The translations under genes were made by a program, and so were the position numbers. The notes below the pieces were generated by a model. That model did no database searches and had not been told where the DNA came from. It worked only from the letters and a program-made list of their open reading frames with translations. A stretch of DNA of 64,000 nucleotides from Octopus vulgaris (Eukaryota): contig OX597837.1 in assembly GCA_951406725.2 (NCBI GenBank), positions 36,208,001 through 36,272,000 of the forward strand, given 5' to 3'. Positions within the stretch are counted from its first letter, which is position 1; each line of letters opens with the position of its first letter. Below, in pieces: positions 28,588 to 42,504 of the stretch.

Positions 28588-28886
28588 GGTGGTGGTGGTG
28601 GTGGTGGTGGTGGTGGTGGTGGTTCAGTGTGTGTGTGTCTGTGTGTTTGACTAAGTCTTCAACCCGATACATTGTCGGTTGTCCAAGACGAGAAACAGAA
28701 GTAGTGCAAAATGGACGAAACATATCAATACTCGTTAGGGCTGGGTACCTGCATTGCTCTTCTACTGAAACCAAAAACAATAACAAAACACCAACAACAC
28801 AACAACAACATCAGTAATAACATAAGTAACAACATCCTTAAATCAGAGATGACATATCTATAACCGTGAATGGCTGTACAGTGGTG

Positions 28887-29270
28887 GAAGCACTCCGTCG
28901 GTTACGACGATGAGGGTTCCGGTGGATCCGAATCAACGGAACAGCCTGCTCGTGAAATTAACGTGTAAGTGGCTGAGCACTCCACAGACACGTGTACCCT
29001 TAACGTAGTTCTCGGGGATATTCAGCGTGACACAGAGAGTGACAAGGCTGGCCCCTTGAAATACAGGTACAACAGAAACAGGAAGTAAGAATGAGAGAAA
29101 GTTGTGGTGAAAGAGTACATCAGGGATCACCACCATCCCCTGCCGGAGCCTCGTCGAGCTTTTAGGTGTTTTCGCTCAATAAACACTCACAACGCCCGGT
29201 CTGGGAATCGAAACCGCGATCGTATGACCGCGAGTCCGCTGCCCTAACCACTGGGCCATTGCGCCTCCAC
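28887..29270 (-). mobile_element. SINE family C (tRNA-like head ggaggcgcaatggcccagtggttaggg; probably octopus OR-type), full length with TSD
   Basis: A box tggcccagtgg and B box gtttcgattcc on the minus strand. Flanking direct repeat ggctgtacagt(g/a)gtg at 28872-28886 and 29271-29285. Near-identical to 56865-57251. The family name is an inference. Confidence 0.92.
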
Positions 29271-29462
29271 GGCTGTACAGTAGTGTTGTAAAAAAAAAAA
29301 AAAGGTTTTAGTCATTTAGTGAGAGAAGCGAAGTTGTTTTATGAACAGCAGAGATTCGATTATTTGGTTAACTGCTGAACAGAACAAGTCACCCATCTAA
29401 GTTAAAAACAAACCGGTTTCTACTCTTGGATGTGACGTGGTACATAGTCAAGTACAGTGCGA

Positions 29463-29775
29463 GAAGGCGCGTGGCTTAGTGTTCGTCCCACGATCTTAAG
29501 GTCGTGAGTTCGATTCCCGGCGGCGCGTTGTGTCATTGAGCAAGACACTTTATTTCACGTTGCTCAGTCCACTCAGCTGACAAAAATAAGCTGTGTATGT
29601 ATCTCAAAGGAGCCAGTTTTGTCACATTCTTTGTCACCCTGAGTCTCCCCGAGGTCTATGTTAAGGGGTTCGCATGCCTGTGGAGAGCTCAGCCACTTGC
29701 ATGTTACTTTCTCAAGCAGGCTGTTCGGTTGACTGGATCAACTGGAATACTCGTCGTCGTAACCGACGGAAAACC
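29463..29775 (+). mobile_element. SINE with a different tRNA head and CORE-like body but the family C tail
   Basis: Head ggcgcgtggcttagtg...gagttcgattccc, body ttgagcaagacactt, tail ctcagccacttgcatgtt...cgtcgtaaccgacgga. Confidence 0.8.
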
Positions 29776-30174
29776 AGCGATAGAAGTTGTGAATAATAAA
29801 AGTTGGGTTGGGTAACCCCATTGCTTTACGTCGAAACCCAAAACAAGGCAATTCTCTCAAATGCGTTAAATGTGCTTCGAATAATTTCTCAACTTAATTC
29901 ATCGTTCGCAGGATCGATGGTGCCAGAAATGACATCTCCATCGACAGGAGCTGCTGCTTTATCAATGTGTTGCTTTCTCAGGAAGGTGTGGCTTTTGGGG
30001 AAATGTTCAGGCATCAGCATCTTGAGTGTGAGTGGATGCTTACCAATTTGGGCCACTGGCAACTGAACCTTGTTACTTAAAGGAATTTTTTTTCCAAAGA
30101 GGCCTTTTCTTTCAAGAAATAGGAGTCTCTTTTCTTTGGAGACATTAGTTGCTATTTCGAAGAAATGGTTAACA

Positions 30175-30546
30175 GGCGCAGGAGTGGGTGTGTGGTAAGC
30201 AGTTCGCTTCCTAACCAAATGGTTCCGGGTTCAGATCCACTGCGTGACACCTTCGATAAGTGTCTACTTCGATAGCGTCAGGTCGACCAAAACCTTGTGA
30301 GTGGAATTGGTTGACGGAAACTGAAAGAAGCCCGTCGTATGTGTGTGTGTGTGTATTTATGTCTGCGTTAGTCCCTACTACTGCTTGACAATCGGCGTTG
30401 GTGTGTTTATGTTTCCGTAACTTAGCGGTTCGGCCTCAGAGGCCGATAGACATGGTCAATTCATTCAACTAAAATTTTTCAAGACGGTGCCCCAGCATGG
30501 CCGCAATCTAATGATTAAAACAACCAAAAAAAAAAAAACAAAAGAT
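30175..30546 (+). mobile_element. SINE family A, diverged full length
   Basis: Colinear similarity to 25387-25796. Confidence 0.85.
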
Positions 30547-30790
30547 AACCGGAGCTAAATATATTCATATCACTCTGGCAACGATAACAGAAGAAATATT
30601 TCGTCGCAGAGAACAAAGAATTCGTTTATCCAAAGACATCTGAGACATCAACTAGAAGTGCGATAAGCTTGTCATTACAAAAGACTATTTTTTTAACTTT
30701 TTTGGTGTGTTTTTACAGCAAGAAAACCCGCCGCTTCAAATCACAGATCAACAACTCAGTCCAAAAATATACCACGTGACGGTCATCTCA

Positions 30791-30803
30791 CCACCAGAGG
30801 GCG
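30791..30803 (+). promoter_or_regulatory. CTCF-like binding motif
   Basis: CCACCAGAGGGCG matches the CCASYAGRKGGCR consensus. E-box CACGTG at 30773-30778. Confidence 0.45.
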
Positions 30804-30869
30804 AAAAAGATTTCCACTGTTATAGAACCATTTTCTTCCTACGTAATCAATATAATTATATAACTAGAT

Positions 30870-30985
<116 letters not shown>

Positions 30986-31130
30986 GCACCTTTATTAGAC
31001 TATTTTCCTCAGTTATTGCACGATGATCGCCATAATTTTAAGCTTATATAAAAAAAAAACTATTATTATTTACAGGATTCTAAAGTCGGTGCCGTATAAA
31101 AAAACCTTCGCACCGAAATATATATATGAA

Positions 31131-31271
31131 TATTTTAATAATTACATACATAATTATAACAAGGGATTGCCTATAAGCCTCTCCACGGGCTAGAAAAATA
31201 GACGCTAAAAGACGCTATTACCATCTTATAGCCAATCCCTTGTTATAAATATGTATATAATTATTAAAATA
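31131..31271. repeat. Foldback: 47-bp inverted repeat with 47-bp spacer
   Basis: 31131-31177 vs the reverse complement of 31225-31271 shows 3 mismatches. Confidence 0.88.
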
Positions 31272-31535
31272 CTTGTAAAATTTACCTATAAGGTTTTTAT
31301 TTCTTTTAAAGCCAAGATGGGGCATGATTTTCTCTGAATTTCTCTCGGTACATCACTGATATTCATCATCTCTTTGGTTGAGCTTCTTTGGATACTTTTT
31401 AACCCGTTCGCACCATCCATCTGAGTCGAGCATTCGCTGAGGGAAATCTTCTGATGCTGTGGTGATGAAAACACCCTGCCCTCGGGTCTTCAGTTTGCGA
31501 ATAGGAAATAGTTTGTAGATCTGTATATTTTTTTT

Positions 31536-31814
31536 ACGATTTTGCTACACATCGCTGGTCACAATGCGCTTCGCATTGTTTTACCCTTCAAATGACGCCA
31601 CCCTGCTGGCTAAGCGAGCAGGCCAACAGAAGTAAGAGCGAGAGAAAGTTATGGTGAAAGAGTACAGCAGGAATCACCACCATCCCCTGCCGGAGCCTCG
31701 TGGAGCTTTAGGTGTTTTTGCTCAATAAACACTCACAAGGCCCGGTCTGGGAATCGAAACAGCGATCCTACGACCGCGAGTCCGCTGCCCTAACCACTGG
31801 GCCATTGCGCCTCC
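31536..31814 (-). mobile_element. SINE family C head with an alternative tail
   Basis: Same head and body as 28887-29270, but the tail is gaagcgcattgtgaccagcgatgtgtagcaa. Possible TSD tgtagatct(g/a)tatat. Confidence 0.88.
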
Positions 31815-32287
31815 ATGTAGATCTATATATTAGCTACGAATTCACAATAAGCCATTACGGACAAAATCACAGATTGCCCTTTGGCAAGCCACCCGTTAGC
31901 CACCCTACTAGGGTCGACGGGGAAATCAATAGCGTAGGGAGAGTGTGCGCCCTTCGAGGGCGGCCCTTCAGTTTACCGTTCCCGGGCCTCAACAAGAAAA
32001 TACATATTACCTGCAGCAGACCCAAAAGTGGTGCCCCTACGCTAGTGGGGGAAATCTTAAATCCTTGCAAAGAGCGGAAATGCCACTCTCATTTGAAAAC
32101 AGGATGGTGATTGGGAATGAAATGCAAAGCGTAAAGAATACCTTGTCTTTGGGTTTCCAACTTCGCAGAACAAATTACGCTTTTATGAATTTTGGTGTCG
32201 GAAACCCGCAAGTTTATCCCGCCGTTAGTCACCTGGCCTTTCCGAATATGGTTGGTCACAAGGGGTGTTTACACACCTCAATACCAT

Positions 32288-32487
32288 TTTTACTTGCTTC
32301 AGTCATTTGACTGCGGCCATGCTGGAGCACCGCCTTTAGTCGAGCAAATCGACCCCAGGACTTATTCTTTGTAAGTTAAGTACTTATTCCATCGGTCTGT
32401 TTTGCCGAACCGCTAGTTTACGGGGACGTAAACACACCAGCATCGGTTGTCAAGCGATGTTGGGTGGACAAACACAGACGCACAAAT

Positions 32488-32562
<75 letters not shown>

Positions 32563-32712
32563 CGACGGGCTTCTTTCAGTTTCCGTCTACCAAATCTACT
32601 CACAAGGCTTTGGTCGGTCTGAGGCTATAGCAGAAGACACTTGCCCAAGGTGCCACGCAGAGGGACTGAAACCAGAACCATGTGGTTGGTAAGCAAGCTA
32701 CTTACCTCACAA
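32288..32712 (-). mobile_element. SINE family A
   Basis: Reverse-complement match to 25387-25796. Confidence 0.9.
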
Positions 32713-33466
32713 AATATACTCATTTATGTGGGTTCAGGATATATCAGCTAAGTTTGTAACCCTTGTGGCTGATTGGTATTAATATAAAACAATTCAATAA
32801 AGTAAATTTAAAAATTAAGGAAAAACTAAAAAATCTTAGATTCCGATCACACTTATTTATAAAATACACACAGAAAACACCGTTTTTTGGAAATTTTTAA
32901 TATCTATAATGAATATTAGCATTCAAAAAAAAGCTTAACAAGCAATCTCCATTACAATGTGTATTTAATCAAAACTTGAAGTGCGTTAGTCACATGGGGT
33001 GCCTAGACAAAATTAACGTCTACTTCCCATGACAACTGACCCACGACTGTGCCACACAACCTGCAATAGGAAATTGGGGAGAAAAAACACCCCATGCAAC
33101 TAACGAAGGTTTAACCAGCTCTGCAATGATCTACAGGACCTGCAATCACGGACGTGAAATTAGCAATCGAAAGACATTCCTCACTCGTATTACTCCAGTC
33201 AAAAACAGATTTTCTCCAGTCAGGGTATTTACCCACGACTCAGGAAATCTCTGATGTAAAGTTTTGAGCTGGATAGATCCTTAAAAAAAGTGGTTGTTTG
33301 GATGAGGTTGATCCGAACCCAAGTCAGCGGTGGTCGCTCAATTCTGAACCACGGTTAGAGTTTGGATAGATTTTGAGCCTGATTATAGAGTTTAGCTAGG
33401 AATTACAAGAATGGTTTGTTTTGATCTTCAACAAAGGGAAGGAGAGAGATGAGAGATAGAGACTGA

Positions 33467-33529
<63 letters not shown>

Positions 33530-33720
33530 TGAGAAGATCGGAAGAGAAATAGAGAACATGAAAAGATTGGACTCTATGAATGCGCATTTCTATGTTTGTA
33601 TGTATGAGTGTATATATATATATATACACATACGTGTATATATATATATATATGTATGCGTCTGTATATATATTTATACATATATATATGTATATATGTG
33701 TGTATGTGTATATATATATA

Positions 33721-33889
<169 letters not shown>

Positions 33890-34045
33890 GTATGTGTGTG
33901 TGTATGTATATATGCATTGTAGATAGCTATATCCTAATATATCATATGATATCATCATTTATATTAATGATTATTGATGTTCGATCTCACTTGTAAGAAA
34001 TCATCGACTCTGGTCCCATGTTATTTCTTTCTCCCTCTCATTATG

Positions 34046-34108
<63 letters not shown>

Positions 34109-34190
34109 CATTGTTCATGTTGTTGTAGCTGTTATTCCTATTAGTATTGTTCCTCCTTTACTTCTTCTTATTTTTGTTCTTCTTCTTCTT

Positions 34191-34274
<84 letters not shown>

Positions 34275-34699
34275 ATTATTATTATTGTTGTTATTATTAT
34301 TATTATTATTATTGTTGTCATTATTATTGATGTTGCTGTTGTTCTCTTCGTTTTTCTTTGTAGCATTTAAACTTGCAGCTACAAACATTTACATGTGTTT
34401 ATTAATTGTCCACGTCGAACGGGTTTCCAAACGCCATTCATTCTCACTTCTTCAACAAACGTTTATGGAAAATTATGCAACAACAACAACATCAACAAAA
34501 GCGACAACAACAACAACAACAACGCGAAGACTATAAATATAAAGTAGAAAATAAAGGCGACCAACAATAAAAAGACAAACGATTACAACAAATACGATAA
34601 CAAATACAACAATAAGAGGAAGTACAAAGATGTGTGTGTATGTGCGTAAGTGAGGCAATTGTGTGTCCGATATATAATACAAAGATATATGCATATAAA

Positions 34700-34773
<74 letters not shown>

Positions 34774-34874
34774 CATACATACATATATATACACACACAT
34801 ATATATACATACACATATATATACATATATATACATATATATACATACATACATATATATATATACATGCATAT

Positions 34875-34998
<124 letters not shown>

Positions 34999-35323
34999 CA
35001 TATATTATATAGATTGATTTAGATTGATTAAGTATGTGTATACGTGGGTACATATATATGTATATATCTTTATATGTATAATGTAGATTGATTAAATACA
35101 CGCATATATATATATATATACATGTATTCATTTATTTATTTATACTTATATTTATAAATACATACATATGAATTTTCGCGTGTGTATATATATAAGATTA
35201 TACACAGACGATAGCACTTATATATGTATGTGTATATATTTACATATATTCCAGTAATAAGTATATTCATGTGTGTTATATATATATACCACTTCTCTCT
35301 CTCCCCCTCACTCTCACTCTCTC

Positions 35324-35384
<61 letters not shown>

Positions 35385-35545
35385 GACATATATAAGCGAA
35401 CCAATACAGAAAACAATATGAAAACGAAATGAGAAAGTGGAGTCGATACAATTTCTAGAAATATATCTAGTGCTCGGTGAAAACTATAGCGTAATATGTT
35501 TGCATACACGCGCACACGCGCATACACATACATACATACACACAC

Positions 35546-35601
<56 letters not shown>

Positions 35602-35671
35602 CTATAATGTATATATATACAGTTATATACAGTTATACATATAAACATACATACAAATACATATATATATA

Positions 35672-35720
<49 letters not shown>

Positions 35721-35870
35721 TTATATACATATATACATATAAACATACATACAAATGCATATGTATATATATACAGTTATATACATATATACAAATAAAT
35801 ATATATATACAGTTATATACATATATACATATAAACATATATACAAATAAATATATATATATGTATATGC

Positions 35871-35947
<77 letters not shown>

Positions 35948-36061
35948 GTAGCAGACTGCTATATAATTGTAGATACCGAGTCGAGAGGCGGAGACAAAAC
36001 TAAAGTTGAAAGAATAATAATAATAATTTTCATGATATATTCATTTTTTCTATCATAGCAC

Positions 36062-36132
<71 letters not shown>

Positions 36133-36506
36133 GGTGTGGGGTACCAGCAGTTAAGTTTCGGATGTTTCTGAACTCTTATTTGAATTGATTGCAGAAACTG
36201 AAGAGAAAAAAGTAAAATGAAAATATTTCAAAATCTGAAGAAAAGAAAAAGGAAAGTATAAAAACAAACAGCGTTTTCGCTTAGCAGTAATCTTCAGCCA
36301 TATGTGTACTGAGGGTGTATATACACACACATATATATAAACATCCATATATATGCACACACATATATATATACATATATATATGTACATACATATATGT
36401 ACATAGATATATATACATACATATATACATACATATATACATTCATATATATTCATACATATATACATACATATATACATGCATATATACATACATATAT
36501 ACATGC

Positions 36507-36577
<71 letters not shown>

Positions 36578-36579
36578 CA

Positions 36580-36632
<53 letters not shown>

Positions 36633-36816
36633 GATGTAGACACCGAAAGTGCACATAGCAATCAACAGGAATGTAATAACAATAAGTTTTCGTAAGAATT
36701 ATAATTTGGAGCCAAGAAAAATACAAATGATGATCGGTTTCAGTAAAATAAAAAAACGAAGAGCAAGTTGATAAAATAATATAATGATAAATATAACAAT
36801 AATAATTATAATAATG

Positions 36817-37019
36817 CTTTCAAATTTTGCCACAAGAGCAATAGTTTTGGGAGAGGGGATAAGTCGATTACATCGACCCCAGTGCCTAACTAATACTTAT
36901 TTTATTGACCACCCCCCACTCAAAAGGCTGAAAGGGAAAGTCGTTCTCGGTAGTATTTGAACCCAGAATGTAGCAATCATTTCGACCGGCGTGCTAACAA
37001 TTCTGCCAGCTCGCCGCCT
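36817..37019 (-). mobile_element. SINE family B
   Basis: Reverse complement of family B, ending tctgccagctcgccgcc. Related pieces at 3785-3945, 17030-17125, 25130-25300, 44617-44731, 46725-46875 and 57380-57490. Confidence 0.8.
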
Positions 37020-37046
37020 TAATAATAATGACAATAACAATAACAA

Positions 37047-37123
<77 letters not shown>

Positions 37124-37719
37124 ATGAGGATTTCATTTATTTGCCACCAGGGTGGCTGTGAGAGACCATACAAAGACAGACACAATGTTTTGGGTTTTAC
37201 ATATAATGAAATGATAAAATAATTTAAAAAGGCAACAATAAAATATGTATACAGGGTTTGCAATGAAAAGGGAGGGAAATACACATAGCATACAAATATT
37301 CTGCTCAAAATCACAGATTTGCTTGTCATTTGCATGACTTTAATCTGTTGAGCATGTCCCTTGGTGGCTGACGATATGTGTATCTCTGATCACGAGCAGA
37401 AGTAGAAGGGATCATCATAGCCATGTGTTGAGAGGAATTCTTTGAGGTTTGAATAATTCACCTCTGAGAAACACGGCTGTTTCCCATCCTTAAACAAACC
37501 TTATTAAGGAACCTTTTGAGCGGGATGGGCTACTAGACCAGAAGAAAATTCTAACTGGGCCCCACCTGCAAGACTGTGCACTGTTTATCTTGATATGGGA
37601 TCCCCGTGACGCGTATATATGGCTGTAATGCCTGTGCCTAGTGTATCCTTATCAGACGGGTAGACATGATGGGTATACTGGGTTTCGTGTATTTTACCCT
37701 AGTGTCACTTTGATGGCAT

Positions 37720-38188
37720 AAAAGATAGGGAAGAAAATACTTGCAGACTTATAGATGTAAGTGTTCCCTCTGATAAAACTATATCTGTAAAGGAATTTGA
37801 TAAATTAAGTAAATATAAGGACCTGGAAATTGAAATACAAAAGATGTGACATCTTAAAGCAAGAACTGTCCCTGTTATTGTAGGTGTCCTAGGTACGATA
37901 AAAAAAGAGGGATGTCAAAAACATATAGTTAAGATCCCAGGAGAACCATGTCTCAGAGAAATCCAAAAGATTGTGCTGACATGTACTACCCACATCCTTA
38001 GAAAAACCCTATCTTTTTAAATGTCTGTGTAGTATTACATGAACATATTTCGCTTCTATTCTTGCCACTTCCCCAACCAAACTTTCAGGTATACTGTAAC
38101 ATCTCTTATCCTTCACTCGCCCCAGGACGCTGAGTTTATCTCTCGACGAGCGATTGTAACAAATATGCAGATTAAAAATAGAATTGAT
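37720..38188 (+). mobile_element. 5'-truncated RLE-type non-LTR retrotransposon (R4/Dong-like) 3' end with ~22 bp target-site duplication
   Basis: 37721-38020 translates KDREENTCRLIDVSVPSDKTISVKEFDKLSKYKDLEIEIQKM*HLKARTVPVIVGVLG...IPG...IQKIVLTCTTHILRKTLSF*, a typical R4-clade C-terminus. Flanked by cc(t/c)agtgtc(a/g)ctttgatggcat at 37698-37719 and 38189-38210. Confidence 0.85.
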
Positions 38189-38284
38189 CCCAGTGTCGCT
38201 TTGATGGCATGCACTGCTCTCTCACTCAATAATAATAACAACAGCAACAATAATAATAATAATGTTGATAATAATAATAATCTT

Positions 38285-38500
38285 TTCTACTAAATGCACA
38301 AGGACTGACATTTTGGGGGAGGGGACAAGTTGATCACACCCACCGTAGCACTGGATTCCCGGAAGGACCCCGAGTCGATCTCATCGACCCCGGAAGGCGA
38401 AGTCGATCTCGGTGGTTCTGAACTCAGAACGTAAGGGCGGAAGAAATGCCACCAAGCATTTCGTCCGGCGTGCTAACAAACTCTGCCAGCTCACCGCCTT
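38285..38500 (-). mobile_element. SINE family B
   Basis: gaactcagaacgtaagggcggaagaaatgcc...ctgccagctcaccgcc. Confidence 0.78.
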
Positions 38501-39084
38501 AATTTAACTTTAAAAAAAATGTTTAATGAACGAACTATTGAGTTTGGTTTAATGGCCTACCAATGTATACTATGAGTTTCTTTGCCCTAGGAGTCGGGAA
38601 GACACTCGGCAAGAAATGGAAGCAAATTTGAAAGAAGGGAAAAAAAAATTAATAATAATAATAATAATTAGAAGAAGAAGAAGAAGAAGATCTTTTATTT
38701 GCCGCCAGGGCAAAAAATTGAGTGGGATGAGGCAATACAACAACAAACATACAGTGTGATGGCTGAAATATAATGAAAAAATAAAAAATAAAAAAGATTT
38801 TTTGAAATACATATGTCTGACAGTATACACGGTATGCAATAGAAAATGTAATAATCTCTAATATAAGAACAAGGCCTCTGTGTGTGTGTATGTGTGTGTT
38901 GTCATTTATCCATTCCTGCATTTGGTTTCGCTTCCAGTATAATTTGTTTGCTTTTTAGTTCTGAGAGTGAAGTGTAATTTTCGAAGATAGTTCCAAAGGA
39001 AGCCAAACATCTTTATCTCTTGTTCCACAGCGCTTCAGCCATTTCAGATCACCGTCTTATATCAATGCTCACCATAAACGCACG

Positions 39085-39179
<95 letters not shown>

Positions 39180-39431
39180 ACATACACACACTCTTTCCCA
39201 AATTTCCCAACCAATCGATTATCTTTAAGATAACTCGTTCATTTTTTTGAAATATTTGCACAATGAAAGACAAACAAACAAAGGAGAGAGGGGAGAGAAA
39301 GATGGGGGGCTTATTCAGTGTTTCGAACCAGGTATTGGATCGACTATATCTTTGAAAGCGAATGCTCTAGTATGGCCACAGGTCAATGACTGGAACCAGC
39401 TAAACAACTAAAATAAAACTTTTATATATAC

Positions 39432-40050
<619 letters not shown>

Positions 40051-40248
40051 GTTTAAAAAAATGTCCATTTCCTTGGTTTTGTGTTTTTGTTTTCGTTTCT
40101 CATTGTATCCGCCGTTTTTTTGGTGTCCTGTACCCATATATGCGTGTATATATACATGTAGATGTAGGTACGTACATATATTTATGTATATATGCATGTT
40201 TTATTTTATTTATTAATTTATTATATATATATATATATATAATATATA

Positions 40249-40293
<45 letters not shown>

Positions 40294-40568
40294 GGGTTTG
40301 TATGATTGTGTGTAGAGGGATATATATTATTCAAAGAAATTCCAACTCTGACTGTTTTTTATGCTTTATTTATATTCTTTATAATATTAATGTAGAATAT
40401 AGAATATATAGTATAAATAATATATATATAGTAAAATGAAATGAAGTATTGATTGTCTTAGTGAATAGAGGCAATATTGACTATCAAATATTAAGGGACT
40501 AGTATAAAGCAGTCTTCAAGGTCCCAGGTTGTGACAGGAGTGTTTCAACTGTACGTGTGCAAATATTA

Positions 40569-40962
40569 TTTTACTTGTTTCAGTCATTTGACTGCGGCCA
40601 TGCTGGAGCACCGCCTTTAGTCGAACAAATTGACCCCTGGACTTATTATTTGTAAGCCCAGTACTTATTCTATCGGTCTCTTTTGCCGAACTTCTAAGTG
40701 ACAGGGACATAAACACACCAGCATCAGTTGCCAAGCAATGCTAGGGGGACAAACACAGACATACAAACACACACACACACACATATATATATACATATAG
40801 ACGACAGGCTTCTTTCAGTTTCCGTCTATCAAATCCACTTACAAGGCATTGGTCGGCCCGGGGCTATAGCAGAAGGCCCATGCCCAAGATGCCACGCAGT
40901 GGGACTGAACCCGGAACCATGTGGTTGGTTAGCAAGCTACTTACCACACAGCCACTCCTGCG

Positions 40963-40964
<2 letters not shown>
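40569..40964 (-). mobile_element. SINE family A
   Basis: Reverse-complement match, ending gccactcctgcgcc. Confidence 0.9.
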
Positions 40965-41022
<58 letters not shown>

Positions 41023-41074
41023 CATACACAGATACATGCACATATATACTTATCTACCTACATATCCATATATA

Positions 41075-41107
<33 letters not shown>

Positions 41108-41455
41108 ACGTACTTATATATGTAATTAATTTAAAACATGTTAGTAATCTTAATAGCAAAAAATGTATATATTGTATCTATATTATGTGTTCTACTATGC
41201 AACACCGCACCACCTCACTCCACCCCACCATTTCGTAACACTCCACCTCGCCATGTCACACACCTCGCCATGTCACCGCCCCCCCGCCAACCGCCGTTAT
41301 GCCAAACCACAACATCACTTCCGCCAGGCGAAGTTCTTGGGATCCGCGGTGATGGTGAAGTCTTTATCAGCATTTTGCTTGATTAGATGTTGTGGAAAAG
41401 ATTATGGAATAACATGAAAGAAGGAGAAGTAGAAGAAGTTGAAGAAGAAGAAGTT

Positions 41456-42504
41456 GAAGAAGAAGAAGAAGAAGAAGAAGAAGAAGAAGAAGAAGAAGGA
41501 GAAGAAGAAGAAGAAGAAGAAGAAGAAGAAGAAGAAGGAGGAGGAGAAGAAGAAGAAGAAGAAGAAGAAGAAGAAGGAGAAGGAGAAGGAGAAGGAGAAG
41601 AAGAAGAAGAAGAAGAAGAAGAAGGAGGAGAAGAAGAAGAAGAAGGAGAAGGAGAAGAAGGAGGAGAAGAAGAAGAAGAAGAAGAAGAAGGAGAAGAAGA
41701 AGGAGGAGAAGAAGAAGAAGAAGAAGAAGAAGAAGGAGGAGGAGAAGAAGAAGAAGAAGAAGAAGAAGAAGGAGAAGAAGAAGAAGAAGAAGAAGAAGGA
41801 GAAGGAGGAGAAGAAGAAGAAGAAGAAGAAGAAGAAGGAGAAGGAGAAGGAGAAGGAGAAGAAGAAGAAGAAGAAGAAGAAGGAGGAGAAGAAGAAGAAG
41901 AAGAAGAAGAAGAAGAAGGAGGAGAAGAAGAAGAAGAAGAAGAAGAAGAAGAAGAAGAAGAAGGAGAAGGAGAAGGAGAAGGAGAAGAAGAAGAAGAAGA
42001 AGAAGAAGAAGAAGAAGAAGAAGGAGGAGAAGAAGAAGAAGAAGAAGAAGAAGAAGAAGAAGAAGGAGAAGGAGAAGGAGAAGAAGAAGAAGAAGAAGAA
42101 GAAGAAGAAGAAGAAGAAGAAGAAGAAGAAGAAGAAGAAGGAGAAGGAGAAGGAGAAGGAGAAGAAGAAGAAGAAGAAGAAGAAGAAGGAGAAGAAGAAG
42201 AAGAAGAAGAAGAAGAAGAAGAAGAAGAAGGAGAAGGAGAAGGAGAAGAAGAAGAAGAAGAAGAAGAAGAAGAAGAAGAAGAGAAGGAGAAGAAGAAGAA
42301 GAAGAAGAAGAAGAAGAAGAAGGAGAAGGAGAAGGAGAAGGAGAAGAAGAAGAAGAAGAAGAAGAAGAAGAAGAAGAAGAAGAAGGAGAAGGAGAAGAAG
42401 AAGAAGAAGAAGAAGAAGGAGAAGAAGAAGAAGAAGAAGAAGAAGAAGAAGGAGAAGGAGAAGAAGAAGAAGAAGAAGAAGAAGAAGAAGGGGAGGAGGA
42501 GGAA
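41456..42504 (+). repeat. (GAA/GGA)n compound microsatellite, ~1.05 kb of uninterrupted purines
   Basis: No C or T seen between 41456 and 42504. Confidence 0.95.

Noticed and set aside
28887-29270. tRNA-like sequences in SINE heads as real tRNA genes
   Set aside because: Incomplete cloverleaf, continuous with SINE bodies and flanked by target duplications.
29889-30170. Non-repetitive minus-strand ORF (…PEHFPKSHTFLRKQHIDKAAAPVDGDVISG…)
   Set aside because: Starts inside a SINE, with no recognisable family or convincing splice sites. A BLASTX hit would be needed.
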